Positions 47,775 through 57,617 of a stretch of 64,000 nt of DNA are shown here, in pieces. Source of the stretch: Minisyncoccota bacterium (GTDB taxonomy: Bacteria; Patescibacteriota; Minisyncoccia; Phycocordibacterales; UBA2100); assembly GCA_035708165.1 (NCBI GenBank), contig DASSSZ010000001.1:89772-153771 (forward strand). Direction: 5' to 3'. Below the pieces are notes generated by a model. That model was not told the DNA's origin and searched no databases. It worked only from the letters and a program-made list of their open reading frames with translations. Positions within the stretch are counted from its first letter, which is position 1, and each line of letters starts with the position of its first letter. The position numbers were made by a program, and so were the translations under genes.

Positions 47775-49061
47775 CTACTTCCCAGTCTCGAGGTACTGGA
47801 CGGCGCGGTCCATCTGCGGATCCTTCCCGGCCCGCACGTCCTCGATCGTCGTGGTCGCGTAGATATCCGGCTCGATGCCCGTACGCTGGATCCACTCGCC
47901 TTTCGGCATGAGCCAGCGCGCGACGGTCACCTTGAGATCGGTATCGGCCGTGATCGGGATGAGCTCCTGCACGGACCCCTTGCCGAAGGTGTGCGTCCCG
48001 ATCAGGGTCGCGACGCCGTAATCATGCAGCGCTCCGGAGAGGATCTCGGCAGCCGACGCCGTGCCGGAATCGACGAGGATGACCATCTGCAGGTTCTGGT
48101 TCTTGAAGAGGTCGTAGCCGAGGCTGCGGTGCACGATCGGATCCTGCTTGCCGCCGTAATCCTCGGTGACGATGACCTGCCCCGCCGGCACGAACCAGCT
48201 CGCCATGTCCACTGCGGCGTCCAGGTAGCCGCCCGGGTTGCCGCGCAGGTCGAGGATCAGCTTGTGGTCGCCTGAGTTCACGAAATCGCGCAGGGCGCCG
48301 CGGAAGAGGTCTGCGGACTGCGAGGTGAAGCTCGCAAGCGAGATGACGAAGATGCCGCCGGGGAGCGCCTTGGTGTCGATGGTCGGGATATCGATCGTGC
48401 CGCGCGTGATGGAGATATCGACGGGCTTCGTCGCGCCCTGGTGAAGCACGGAGAGCGTGACCGTGGTCCCCGCCGGACCGCGGATGAGCTTCACGGCCGT
48501 ATCCACGTCCATGTTCTCCGTGCTCGTCGCATCGATCGCGAGGATCTTATCCTGCGCCTCGATGCCCGCCTTCGCGGCCGGCGTGTCCTTCAAGGGCGAG
48601 ACGACGGTGAGGACACCATCCACGATGTCGATCTCCATGCCGACGCCCTCGAAGGAGCCGCTGATGTCCTCCTGGAACGATGCAGCGTCGGTGGGCGGCA
48701 TGAAGACGGTGTACGGATCGCCGAGCGAGGCGACCATGCCTTCGATCATGCCCCACTCGCGCTGCTGCGGCGTCGTGGTCGAAGTGGTCGTCGTGCCGAG
48801 CGCCGCGGGGACGAACTTCTCATCGAGGATGTGCCAGACCTTCCACGCCGGACCGAAGTCGACGTCAGCCGGCTCGCTCTCATCCGCCGCGCCGAGCGCA
48901 TTGCCGACGGCCGCCGGAAGGTGCGCCGCCACGACCCCGCGATTCGTGCCGAGCGCCCAGCCGCCGGCGAACATCGCGAGCGCGAGCAGGATCCCGCCGA
49001 TCGCGGCAGCCGGCGCGCTGATCCCGCGCGAGCTCGTATGCCGCATGTCACGTTCATCCAT
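47775..49061 (-). CDS. S41 C-terminal processing protease (CtpA-like); start may be 49046
   Basis: DPYT, PDZ domain, DLRGNPGG, TASAAE, TFGKGSVQ, G..PD. Confidence 0.93.
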   Translation of the reverse strand: MDERDMRHTSSRGISAPAAAIGGILLALAMFAGGWALGTNRGVVAAHLPAAVGNALGAADESEPADVDFGPAWKVWHILDEKFVPAALGTTTTSTTTPQQREWGMIEGMVASLGDPYTVFMPPTDAASFQEDISGSFEGVGMEIDIVDGVLTVVSPLKDTPAAKAGIEAQDKILAIDATSTENMDVDTAVKLIRGPAGTTVTLSVLHQGATKPVDISITRGTIDIPTIDTKALPGGIFVISLASFTSQSADLFRGALRDFVNSGDHKLILDLRGNPGGYLDAAVDMASWFVPAGQVIVTEDYGGKQDPIVHRSLGYDLFKNQNLQMVILVDSGTASAAEILSGALHDYGVATLIGTHTFGKGSVQELIPITADTDLKVTVARWLMPKGEWIQRTGIEPDIYATTTIEDVRAGKDPQMDRAVQYLETGK

Positions 49062-49152
49062 AGCCTGTCTAGTATGCCATACATCCCTGCCACGCACGAA
49101 TCCCCATGCGCCGAGCGTTCCCGCAATCCTGCCACGGTATACTGAAGCTACG

Positions 49153-50064
49153 ATGATGCAGCGCTATACGCACCACGGGCTCACGTGGATCGACCTCGAG
49201 ACGCCCACGCGCAATGAAGTGCGCGAGCTCGTGGACGAGTTCGGCATCGACTCGCTCGTCGCGGACGAGCTCTTGCTGCCGACAGCGAAGCCGCGGTTCG
49301 AGCGGCATGAGAACATGCTCTATCTCATCCTGCACTTCCCTGCCCTACACCATACGCACCACTCCGCCGAGCAGGAGATCGACTTCGTCGTCGGCAAGGA
49401 GTTCATCATCACGACCCGCTACGACATGATCGATCCGCTGCACAAGTTCTCGAAGACGTTCGAGGTCGGCGAGATGACGGGCACGAGCGGCATCGGCGAC
49501 CACGCCGGCTACATCCTCTACTTCATCCTGCGGAGCCTCTACGTCGCCGTGGATCACGAGGTGGAGTACGTGCGCACGTCGCTGCACGATATCGAAGAGC
49601 AGGTCTTCGAGGGCCGCGAGAAGGAGATGGTCGCCGCTATCTCCCATGCCGGGCGCGATCTCCTTGCGCTGCGGCAAGCCGTCGAGCCGCATCGCGACAT
49701 GCTGCAGGAGATGGAGATCGCCGGCCGCGCCTTCTGGGGCGACACCTTCGCCCCCTACCTGCGCGGCATCGTGAACGAGTACTACCGCGTGCACAATCAC
49801 ATCATGCGCAATACCGAGTCGCTGCATGAGCTGCGCGAGACGAACAATTCCCTCCTCTCGACGAAGCAGAACGAGATCATGAAGACGTTCACCATCATGG
49901 CGTTCGTCACGTTCCCGCTCATGCTCGTCACGAGCGCATTCGGCATGAACACCGTGCACACGCCGATCATCGGCGCGCCGTTCGATTTCTGGATCGTCAT
50001 CGGCATCATGCTCGGCTCGACAATCGGGCTGTACCTCTTCTTCAAGCTCAAGAAGTGGCTCTAG
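49153..50064 (+). CDS. corA: CorA-family Mg2+ transporter
   Basis: WIDL..PT, NEIMK..TI, GMN, FK.KKWL. Confidence 0.92.
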   Translation: MMQRYTHHGLTWIDLETPTRNEVRELVDEFGIDSLVADELLLPTAKPRFERHENMLYLILHFPALHHTHHSAEQEIDFVVGKEFIITTRYDMIDPLHKFSKTFEVGEMTGTSGIGDHAGYILYFILRSLYVAVDHEVEYVRTSLHDIEEQVFEGREKEMVAAISHAGRDLLALRQAVEPHRDMLQEMEIAGRAFWGDTFAPYLRGIVNEYYRVHNHIMRNTESLHELRETNNSLLSTKQNEIMKTFTIMAFVTFPLMLVTSAFGMNTVHTPIIGAPFDFWIVIGIMLGSTIGLYLFFKLKKWL

Positions 50065-50118
50065 CCTTTCGGGCAAAGCCGGGCGGCCTGCGGCCGTATC
50101 GGCTATAATGACGCCATC

Positions 50119-51672
50119 ATGGCCTGGTTCTCGGAGCCCGACAGCAGCACGCCGCGCGCCGCGAAGCACGCGGAGCGCCCCGTTACCCTGCACAACACGA
50201 TGGGCAACGCGGACGAGCCGTTCGCGTCCGCCCGGCCCGGCGCGCCGGTGCGCATGTATCACTGCGGCCCGACCGTCTACGGACCTGCGCACATCGGGAA
50301 CCTGCGCTCCTATGTCTTCGCCGATATCCTGCGGCGGACGCTCGAGTACAACGGCTTCTCAGTGAAGCAGGTCATCAATATCACCGACGTCGGGCACCTC
50401 TCGTCGGATGCGGACGAGGGCGAGGACAAGATGACGAAAGGCCTCAAGCGCGAAGGGCTCGCGGTGAGTCTCGAGAACATGCGCCTTCTGGCCGGCCGGT
50501 ACGAGGAGCGCTTCAAGCAGGATCTCGCCACGCTCGATATCGAGACGGCGGGCACGCAGTTCCCGCGTGCGAGCGAGCATATCGCGCCGATGATCGCGAT
50601 GATCCAGACGCTCGAGCAGAAAGGCTATACGTACAAGACGAGCGATGGCATCTACTACGATACGTCCCGCTTCCCTGAGTACGGCAAGCTCGGCGGGATC
50701 GATGTCGCCGCGCTGAAGGAAGGCGCCCGCATCGAAGCGAACGTGGAGAAGAAGAATCCTGCCGATTTCGCGCTCTGGAAATTCGATGATGCGCTCGGCT
50801 TCGAGAGCCCCTTCGGCAAGGGCTTCCCGGGCTGGCATATCGAATGCTCCGCCATGTCGCGCGTCGCCTTGGGCGAGCAGCTCGATATCCATACCGGCGG
50901 CATCGATCACATCCCTGTCCACCACAATAACGAGATCGCGCAATCTGAAGCCGCGACCGGCAAGAAGCCGTTCGCGCGGATCTGGATGCATAACGCGTTC
51001 ATCACCATTGACGACGAGAAGATCGCCAAGTCGCTCGGCAATGCGATCGACCTCGACGAGCTCCCGAAGCATGGCATCCACCCGCTCGCACTGCGCTACT
51101 ACTACCTCGGCGCGCACTATCGCACGCCCGTCAATTTCTCCTGGGCGGCGCTCAAGAGCGCGCAGCAAGCCCTCCTGCGCCTCCATTTCCTCTTCGACCA
51201 GATGCCGGTGAATGCTGCGGCCGAACCGATCATGGCGTACCAGCAGCGCTTCCACGAGCGGATCAACGCGGACCTCGATACGCCGGGGGCGCTCGCGATC
51301 GCCTGGGAGCTCGTGAAGGATACGTCCTTCCCTGCCCCGGCGATCCGCGCGACGCTGCTCGATTTCGATACGGTGCTCGGCCTCTCGCTCGGCGCGCCGG
51401 ATGCGCAGCTCGCGCGTCTCATCATCGCCGAGTTCGGCGAGATCGTCCCGGCCGAGAAGCTCTCGAAGACGGTCGCGGATCTCATCACCGCGCGCGAGGA
51501 GGCGCGGGGCGCCAAGGATTGGACGAAAGCGGATGCCTTGCGCGCGCAGGTCCTGCAGCTCGGCTACGCGCTTGAGGACACGCCGGCAGGCCCGCGCGTC
51601 CTGCGCAAGGAGATCGTCGAGCAGGAAGAGCGCGAGGCGGATACGGAAAGCGACCCCGAAGGGTCGCTGTAA
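50119..51672 (+). CDS. cysS: Cysteine--tRNA ligase
   Basis: CGPTVY, HIGN, PGWHIECS, HH.NE.AQ, KIAKS. Confidence 0.97.
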   Translation: MAWFSEPDSSTPRAAKHAERPVTLHNTMGNADEPFASARPGAPVRMYHCGPTVYGPAHIGNLRSYVFADILRRTLEYNGFSVKQVINITDVGHLSSDADEGEDKMTKGLKREGLAVSLENMRLLAGRYEERFKQDLATLDIETAGTQFPRASEHIAPMIAMIQTLEQKGYTYKTSDGIYYDTSRFPEYGKLGGIDVAALKEGARIEANVEKKNPADFALWKFDDALGFESPFGKGFPGWHIECSAMSRVALGEQLDIHTGGIDHIPVHHNNEIAQSEAATGKKPFARIWMHNAFITIDDEKIAKSLGNAIDLDELPKHGIHPLALRYYYLGAHYRTPVNFSWAALKSAQQALLRLHFLFDQMPVNAAAEPIMAYQQRFHERINADLDTPGALAIAWELVKDTSFPAPAIRATLLDFDTVLGLSLGAPDAQLARLIIAEFGEIVPAEKLSKTVADLITAREEARGAKDWTKADALRAQVLQLGYALEDTPAGPRVLRKEIVEQEEREADTESDPEGSL

Positions 51673-51689
51673 CGGTTCGCAGCTTCGTA

Positions 51690-51845
51690 TCAGCTGCAAA
51701 GGGGAATCCCCGTATAGGCCAAGAGGATGATTCCGGCAAAGCCGGCCGCGATGCACCAGCGCATGGTACGCTCGGGGTTCCGGTCCATAGCATCGAGCAC
51801 GCGCGCGAGCGCGTTATCGCGCCGTGCGCTGCGGAAATCGTACAT
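51690..51845 (-). CDS. Small hypothetical protein (51 aa, C-terminal TM)
   Basis: AGGAGG SD before ATG; hydrophobic tail; follows leuS. Confidence 0.45.
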   Translation of the reverse strand: MYDFRSARRDNALARVLDAMDRNPERTMRWCIAAGFAGIILLAYTGIPLCS

Positions 51846-51889
51846 GGCAGCCTCCTGCTGTGTCTTGGGCAAGGGTATGCCTCTTTCCG

Positions 51890-54346
51890 CTACTCCGCAA
51901 GCACGAAATTGACCAGCCGGTTCGGCACGACGATCGTCTTCCCGATCGTCTTCCCTTCGATCCATTTCCCTGCCGCCGCCTTCGCCGCATCCGTGACGGT
52001 CGCCGCATCAGCGTCGCGCTCGACCGTCGCTGTCCCGCGCGTCTTGCCGTCCACCTGCACCGCGATCGTGGCTGTCTCCTGGACGAGCTTCGACTCGTCG
52101 TACGACGGCCACACGGAGCGGTGGATGCTTCCTTCGTGCCCCGAACGCTCCCAGAGCTCCTCGGTCATATGCGGCGCGAACGGCGCGAGCAGCTTGAGGA
52201 GCGCAGCCCACTGCGCGCGGCCGACCGCACCCTCCTTCTCGGCTGCATTGAGGAAGATCATCATCTGGCTCACGGCCGTATTGAACTTGAACGCCTCGAT
52301 ATCATCGCCAACTTTCTTGATGGTCTGATTGAGGAGCGGCTCGAGCGCCGGCGAATCATCTTCCGCCACCTTGTCCGCGAGCTTCCAGATGCGCTCGATG
52401 AAGCGCTGCGCGCCTTTGATGGAATCGGTGCTCCACGCGATCGTATTCTCGAAGGGGCCCATGAACATCTCGTATGTCCGGAACGCGTCCGCGCCGTACT
52501 CGGCCACGACATCGTCCGGATTGATCACGTTGCCGTAGCGCTTGCTCATCTTGCGGCCGTCCTCCGCGAGGATGAACCCGAGGAACTCGAGCCGCGCGAA
52601 CGGCTCCTCCGTCGAGACGACCCCGATATCGTAGAGGAACTTATGCCAGAAGCGCGCATAGATGAGGTGCCGCACGGCGTGGTCGCCGCCGACATAGACA
52701 TCCACCGGCGCCCAATGCTTCTCCTTCTCTGGCGCGACGAGGTACGCGTCATCGTGCGGATCCATGAAGCGCAGGTAGTACCAGGACGAACCTGCCCACT
52801 GCGGCATGGTGTTCGTCTCGCGCTTCGCGGGGCCGCCGCAGATGGGGCAGGTCGTGTTCACCCACTCGGCGATCGTCGCGAGCGGCGATTCGCCGGTGCC
52901 CGAAGGCTCATAGCTCTCCACTTCCGGCAAGAGGACCGGCAGCTGGTCCTCCGGCACCGGCACGGCGCCGTGCTCCGGGCAATGGATGATCGGGATGGGC
53001 TCGCCCCAGTAGCGCTGGCGGCTGAAGACCCAGTCCTTGATCTTATAGGTCGTCGCGAGCCGACCGCCGACCTTCTCGGTGATGGCCGCCTTCGCCTCCT
53101 CGCTCGGCATTCCGGTGAATGCGCCGGAATCGACCAGGAGGCCCGGCCCGGTGAAGAGGAACTCGGGCGTATCGAGCGCGCCTGCATGGGGCGACGGCTC
53201 GACGACAGTCCGGATCGGCAGGCCGAATTTCTTGGCGAACTCGTGATCGCGCCCGTCGTGCGCAGGGACCGCCATGATGGCGCCTGTGCCATAGCCGCCG
53301 AGGACGTAATCAGCGACGAAGAGCGGAATCTCCTCACCATTCGCCGGATTGATCGCCATGACGCCCTCGAGCCGGACGCCGGTCTTCTCCTTCCCTTCCG
53401 CGGCGCGTTCGATCTCATCCTTCGCGGCAGCGGCTTCCACGTACGCGCGCACGTCGCGCGCATTCGGAAGCACGCCCTCGTGCGCGGCATCGAGCGCGAG
53501 CGTCACCCATGGGTGCTCGGGCGCGAGCACGAGGTACGTCGCGCCGAAGAGCGTATCGGGCCGCGTCGTGAAGACGGTGATGTGCGCCTTCTCGCCGGCT
53601 GGGCCGCGGTTCTCATTGAGCGCAGGGTCGTCGAACCGCAGGTCGAAGTCGATCTCCGCGCCCTCCGAGCGGCCGATCCAGTTGCGCTGCGCTTCCTTGA
53701 TGTGCTCCGGCCATTCGAGCGTGTCCAGGTCCGCGAGCATGCGGTCCGCGTATGCCGTGATCTTGAGGACCCACTGCGGCAGCTTCTTCTTCTCGATGAC
53801 CGAGCCGCAGCGCTCGCATGTGCCGTCCGGCTCCAGGTCCTCGTTCGCGAGACCGGTGAGGCACCCGGGGCACCAGTTGATCGGCTCGTCGCTCTCGAAC
53901 GCGAGCCCGTGCTTGTAGAGCTGCAGGAATATCCACTGCGTCCACTTATAGAACGAGGGATCAGTCGTATTGATCTCGCGGCTCCAGTCGTAATCGAAGC
54001 CGATATGCGCGAGCTGCGCCTTGAAATTGGCGATGTTCTTCTCCACCGCGATCCGCGGATGCACCTTGTGCTTGAGCGCGAAATTCTCCGCCGGCAATCC
54101 GAACGCGTCCCAGCCCATGGGGTGCAGCACGTCGAACCCGTGCATGCGCTTGAAGCGGCTGTAGATGTCTGTCGCGATGTAGCCTTTCGGATGTCCTACG
54201 TGCAGCCCTTCGCCCGAGGGGTACGGGAACATATCGAGCACGTACGCCTTCGGCTTCGCCGGATCATCCGTCGTGCGGTAGATGCCCTCCTGGGCCCAGC
54301 GTTCCTGCCATTTCTTCTCGATCGCCGCGTGGTCGTACCGTTCCAT
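51890..54346 (-). CDS. leuS: Leucine--tRNA ligase
   Basis: MFPYPSG..LHVGH, GWDAFGLPAEN, TTRPDT, SRQRYWGEPIP, KMSK. Confidence 0.98.
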   Translation of the reverse strand: MERYDHAAIEKKWQERWAQEGIYRTTDDPAKPKAYVLDMFPYPSGEGLHVGHPKGYIATDIYSRFKRMHGFDVLHPMGWDAFGLPAENFALKHKVHPRIAVEKNIANFKAQLAHIGFDYDWSREINTTDPSFYKWTQWIFLQLYKHGLAFESDEPINWCPGCLTGLANEDLEPDGTCERCGSVIEKKKLPQWVLKITAYADRMLADLDTLEWPEHIKEAQRNWIGRSEGAEIDFDLRFDDPALNENRGPAGEKAHITVFTTRPDTLFGATYLVLAPEHPWVTLALDAAHEGVLPNARDVRAYVEAAAAKDEIERAAEGKEKTGVRLEGVMAINPANGEEIPLFVADYVLGGYGTGAIMAVPAHDGRDHEFAKKFGLPIRTVVEPSPHAGALDTPEFLFTGPGLLVDSGAFTGMPSEEAKAAITEKVGGRLATTYKIKDWVFSRQRYWGEPIPIIHCPEHGAVPVPEDQLPVLLPEVESYEPSGTGESPLATIAEWVNTTCPICGGPAKRETNTMPQWAGSSWYYLRFMDPHDDAYLVAPEKEKHWAPVDVYVGGDHAVRHLIYARFWHKFLYDIGVVSTEEPFARLEFLGFILAEDGRKMSKRYGNVINPDDVVAEYGADAFRTYEMFMGPFENTIAWSTDSIKGAQRFIERIWKLADKVAEDDSPALEPLLNQTIKKVGDDIEAFKFNTAVSQMMIFLNAAEKEGAVGRAQWAALLKLLAPFAPHMTEELWERSGHEGSIHRSVWPSYDESKLVQETATIAVQVDGKTRGTATVERDADAATVTDAAKAAAGKWIEGKTIGKTIVVPNRLVNFVLAE

Positions 54347-54377
54347 AGGGCTAGCGTAGCACGCGCCCCATGACGCG

Positions 54378-54403
54378 AAAAGAGCCCGTAAGCGGGCTCT
54401 TTT
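54378..54403. terminator. Intrinsic terminator, possibly bidirectional
   Basis: AAAAGAGCCCG-TAAG-CGGGCTCTTTT. Confidence 0.8.
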
Positions 54404-54425
54404 CTGCGGAGCGATCGATGGATTC

Positions 54426-55367
54426 CTAGCGAGGAGTCGTACTCGCGCGCGTCGGGTACAGCTGCGGATCAATAGTCCGGGTGAAGCAGGTCTTGCCGGC
54501 GCCATGCCACCAGGTGTCCTGCATGAGGTCGGAGCCGTAGCCAGCCATGAGGCCCGAGAGGTCTGCCGCGTTCGCCTGCGCCTCGGCATCGAAGGTCGCG
54601 CACAGCTCGAACGAGTGCGGCCCCTCGACCGAATAGCCGTACGGCTGGCTCGTCTCGGGATCGGTCGGCGCCATGAAGCCGCTGATCGAGTCGTTGAGCG
54701 CGCTCAGCGTCTGCGGCATCTCGCCCTTGCTCTGCCAGTACTGCACCACCTGGTACTGGATCTGCTGGAGATCGTTCACGCGATCGGCATCCAGCCGGTA
54801 CTGCCGCACCTGCCCCGGCGTACCCATGATGAGGATGCCGGAGATGATCGTCGCGAGGGCGAGGACGCCGGCGCCGATCGCCACGGCACGGGCGCGCTTC
54901 GGCTGCGCGATCCAGTAGCCGCGCAGATCAGCGAAGAAGTGCAGGAAGCCGCCGATCGCCACGAGAAGGACGATCAGGACCTTCAGCACGAACCGGATCG
55001 TCACCTCGCCGCCGAGGTAGGTGTTGACGAGGGTCACGAGGTCGATCGCGACCGTCACGCCTGCGATGAACAGCGTGAGCGTGAGCGCCCAGCGGCGCAC
55101 CCAGAGATCTTTCTTTGCCGGCTCCGCGAGGATGTCGCGGCGGATGAGCGCCGAGAGGCCGAGGAAGGTCGGGAAGAGCACCAGCAGGGATGCGATCGAG
55201 AAGCGGATGAGCGTGGAGTACGGATCCACGTATGCGCTCGTGATATCCGGGAACGCGCGGTTAATGTACTGGAACATGAGCGCCAGGAAAGAGAAGACGC
55301 TCACGTAGAGCGCGATCATCGCGCCGGCCCAGAGGAAGAAATCTTTCGGGGTGACTTTCATATGCAT
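54426..55367 (-). CDS. DUF5671-like membrane protein with an extracellular C-terminal domain
   Basis: PKDFFL...LY.S, 5 TM segments, G.P...R....D..RV.DL, DP.T..PY.Y, ELCA.F; start may be 55361 or 55391. Confidence 0.7.
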   Translation of the reverse strand: MHMKVTPKDFFLWAGAMIALYVSVFSFLALMFQYINRAFPDITSAYVDPYSTLIRFSIASLLVLFPTFLGLSALIRRDILAEPAKKDLWVRRWALTLTLFIAGVTVAIDLVTLVNTYLGGEVTIRFVLKVLIVLLVAIGGFLHFFADLRGYWIAQPKRARAVAIGAGVLALATIISGILIMGTPGQVRQYRLDADRVNDLQQIQYQVVQYWQSKGEMPQTLSALNDSISGFMAPTDPETSQPYGYSVEGPHSFELCATFDAEAQANAADLSGLMAGYGSDLMQDTWWHGAGKTCFTRTIDPQLYPTRASTTPR

Positions 55368-55428
55368 ATGACTGGCGGGTAATGCATTCATTGTACCAGC
55401 GCTGGCGTCGGCGGCCAGCGCGCGGGCG

Positions 55429-56529
55429 CTAGCTGTGCAAGAACTCCATCACGTCGCCATCTTCGACGATGTACTCCTTCCCTTCCGTGCGCAGCGCACC
55501 CTTCTCGCGCGCCGCCGCCCAGGAGCCAGCCGAGAGCAGCGCGTCCCAGCGGATGACATTGGCGCGGATGAACTTATCGCGGAAATCAGTGTGGATCCCC
55601 GCGCCCGCCTCGGGTGCCGTCGAGCCGCGAGAGACGGTCCACGCACGCGTCTCGTCTTCGCCCGTCGTGAAGAACGAGATGAGGTCGAGGATCTCATACC
55701 CCTTGCGGATGAGGTCGTTCACGCCGTCATCCATCACGCCGAGCTCGCGGCGGAATTCGGCGCGCTCGTCCTCGTGCACGTCCGAGAGCTCGTGCTCGAC
55801 GCCGGCATCCACGGTCACGAACGGCGCGCCCTGCTCATCGAAGAAATTCTTGAGGACGCGCCAGCGCTCGAGGCCTTCTTCCGCCACATTCACCGCGCCG
55901 CTCTTCCTGTTGAGGACGTAGAGGATCGGCTTCATGGTCAGGAGGTGCATCCCCTTCACGAGCGCGGACTCCGTGTCAGAGAGGTCGCAGGCACGCGCCA
56001 TGCGTCCGCTCTCGAGCGTCCCCCGGATGCGCTCGAGCACTGCCTTCTCGGCGATCGCTTCCTTATTGCCGGAGCGTGCATCGCGCTCAAGGCGCTCGAG
56101 CCGCTTCCCCACGCTCTGCATATCGGCGAGGACGAGCTCGAGGTTGATGACCTCGATATCATGCAGCGGGTCCACCTCGCCGGCCACGTGGATGATGTCC
56201 GGGTCGTCGAAGACGCGGACGACCTCGGCGATCGCATCCACTTCGCGGATATGCGAGAGGAACTGGTTGCCCAGCCCTTCGCCCTCCGATGCGCCAGCGA
56301 CCAGGCCCGCGATGTCCACGAATTCGACTGCTGCAGGGATGGTCTTCGCGGAATGCGAGAACGCCGAGAGCTGCGAAAGGCGGCTATCGGGGACGGATAC
56401 GACGCCGACGGACGGGTCGATCGTCGCGAAAGGGTAATTCGCGATGAGCACGCCCTTTTTCGTGAGCGCGTTGAACAGCGTGGATTTCCCCACGTTCGGC
56501 AGACCCACGATTCCTATCGAGAGGCTCAT
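55429..56529 (-). CDS. ychF: Redox-regulated ATPase YchF
   Basis: GLPNVGKST, NYPFATI.P, DIAGLV.GAS.GEGLGN, EGK.Y.V.DGD. Confidence 0.97.
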   Translation of the reverse strand: MSLSIGIVGLPNVGKSTLFNALTKKGVLIANYPFATIDPSVGVVSVPDSRLSQLSAFSHSAKTIPAAVEFVDIAGLVAGASEGEGLGNQFLSHIREVDAIAEVVRVFDDPDIIHVAGEVDPLHDIEVINLELVLADMQSVGKRLERLERDARSGNKEAIAEKAVLERIRGTLESGRMARACDLSDTESALVKGMHLLTMKPILYVLNRKSGAVNVAEEGLERWRVLKNFFDEQGAPFVTVDAGVEHELSDVHEDERAEFRRELGVMDDGVNDLIRKGYEILDLISFFTTGEDETRAWTVSRGSTAPEAGAGIHTDFRDKFIRANVIRWDALLSAGSWAAAREKGALRTEGKEYIVEDGDVMEFLHS

Positions 56530-56612
56530 GAAAGAAGAGTATACGCGAGAGCGCCGCAGATCGGAATGAGACTCGCGGCGGGATTTCTAAACCCGCAACA
56601 TTATCCAGACGT

Positions 56613-56706
56613 GGAAAAGGCGCCCGAAGGCGCCTTCTCCATGTACCCGACTCCATGTACCTGACATGGCTCCGAAGGGCTATATCAAGTACATGGAATC
56701 GAGTAC
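56613..56706 (-). ncRNA. Candidate ~95-nt sRNA: long cUUCGg hairpin followed by a terminator
   Basis: TTGCGT-N17-TAAGGT promoter with the predicted start at the hairpin base; 30-bp stem; second cUUCGg hairpin ending in UUUU. Confidence 0.6.
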
Positions 56707-56802
56707 GAGGAAACCTTACCCTATCAGGGACTTGCACGCAAGTACGTAATATTGCGTAATAATCCGCCTCCCCCTGCGGCTGGATGCCCCGCATGGGCGC
56801 GA

Positions 56803-57039
56803 TCAGTTCTTCGTATGCGGCGCGATCGCCTTGAGCTCCGCTTCGTGCCGCTTCGCAACTGTCATCATCGCCAGCATCTGATTGCCGCCGTTCTTCTTCA
56901 TCTCCTCTTGTGCTTCCTCTGCGATCGTCATCAGGAGATCGGGGTGCTCATCCACCATGCGCATCGCGGCATCCTGCTGGTCGCGCGGAAGCTTCTTGAT
57001 CTGCGCTTTCATCATCTGCTTCATCAGGAATTGTTTCAT
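56803..57039 (-). CDS. Small Met/Gln-rich helical hypothetical protein
   Basis: TATACT 6 nt upstream of ATG; coherent ORF. Confidence 0.75.
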   Translation of the reverse strand: MKQFLMKQMMKAQIKKLPRDQQDAAMRMVDEHPDLLMTIAEEAQEEMKKNGGNQMLAMMTVAKRHEAELKAIAPHTKN

Positions 57040-57088
57040 CGCTCGAGTATAGCACGAGGTCCGGACGGCATGCAGATGTGAACAGTAA

Positions 57089-57121
57089 ATAGTTGATATT
57101 GCAACAATGAGATGCTATCCT
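57089..57121 (+). promoter_or_regulatory. marR promoter with an overlapping dyad operator
   Basis: ATAGTTG-N6-CAACAAT overlapping TTGATA-N17-TATCCT. Confidence 0.6.
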
Positions 57122-57129
57122 GGCTCCGT

Positions 57130-57591
57130 ATGGCATCCGGCACTGATCCGCGGACACGGGAGCTCCTGCGTCTCATCCACCAGACCGTCTTCATGTTCGA
57201 CCGCGCAGCGGACCACCAGCTGCGCGAGCGTTCGCTCGGGACCTTCCCGCAGTTCCTGATCATGACCGCGATCGACCGCTTCCCCGGCCTGACGCAGCAG
57301 AAGATCGCGGCATTCCTCCATGTGACGCCGGCTGCGGTGAGCCGCATGCTCGATACGCTCGTCGAAGCGGGTTACGTGAGCCGTACCGATAAGCTCGGCA
57401 GCCGGCGCGCGCATGCCGTCGCTCTGACCGCCGCCGGACGGCGGCGCTTCGAGCGGATGGACGCGTTGGTCTCGAGCCAGGCGGCGATCGTGACAGCAAC
57501 GGTCCCGCGCGCGGAGCTGGAAGCGACGCTGCGCACGCTCCACGCGCTGCACGAGACGGTTGCCGAGGCATGCGTCCCGCATCACGGATAG
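57130..57591 (+). CDS. MarR-family transcriptional regulator
   Basis: QF.I, TQ..IA..L.VT..AVSR.LD.L...GYV.R, RR...V.LT..G. Confidence 0.92.
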   Translation: MASGTDPRTRELLRLIHQTVFMFDRAADHQLRERSLGTFPQFLIMTAIDRFPGLTQQKIAAFLHVTPAAVSRMLDTLVEAGYVSRTDKLGSRRAHAVALTAAGRRRFERMDALVSSQAAIVTATVPRAELEATLRTLHALHETVAEACVPHHG

Positions 57592-57617
57592 CCTTTATAC
57601 TATAAATCACCTACTCC

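Noticed and set aside
48457-49152. Long N-terminal extension of CorA in the ORF track
   Set aside because: It overlaps the S41 protease antisense; the likely start is at 49153, after TATACT.
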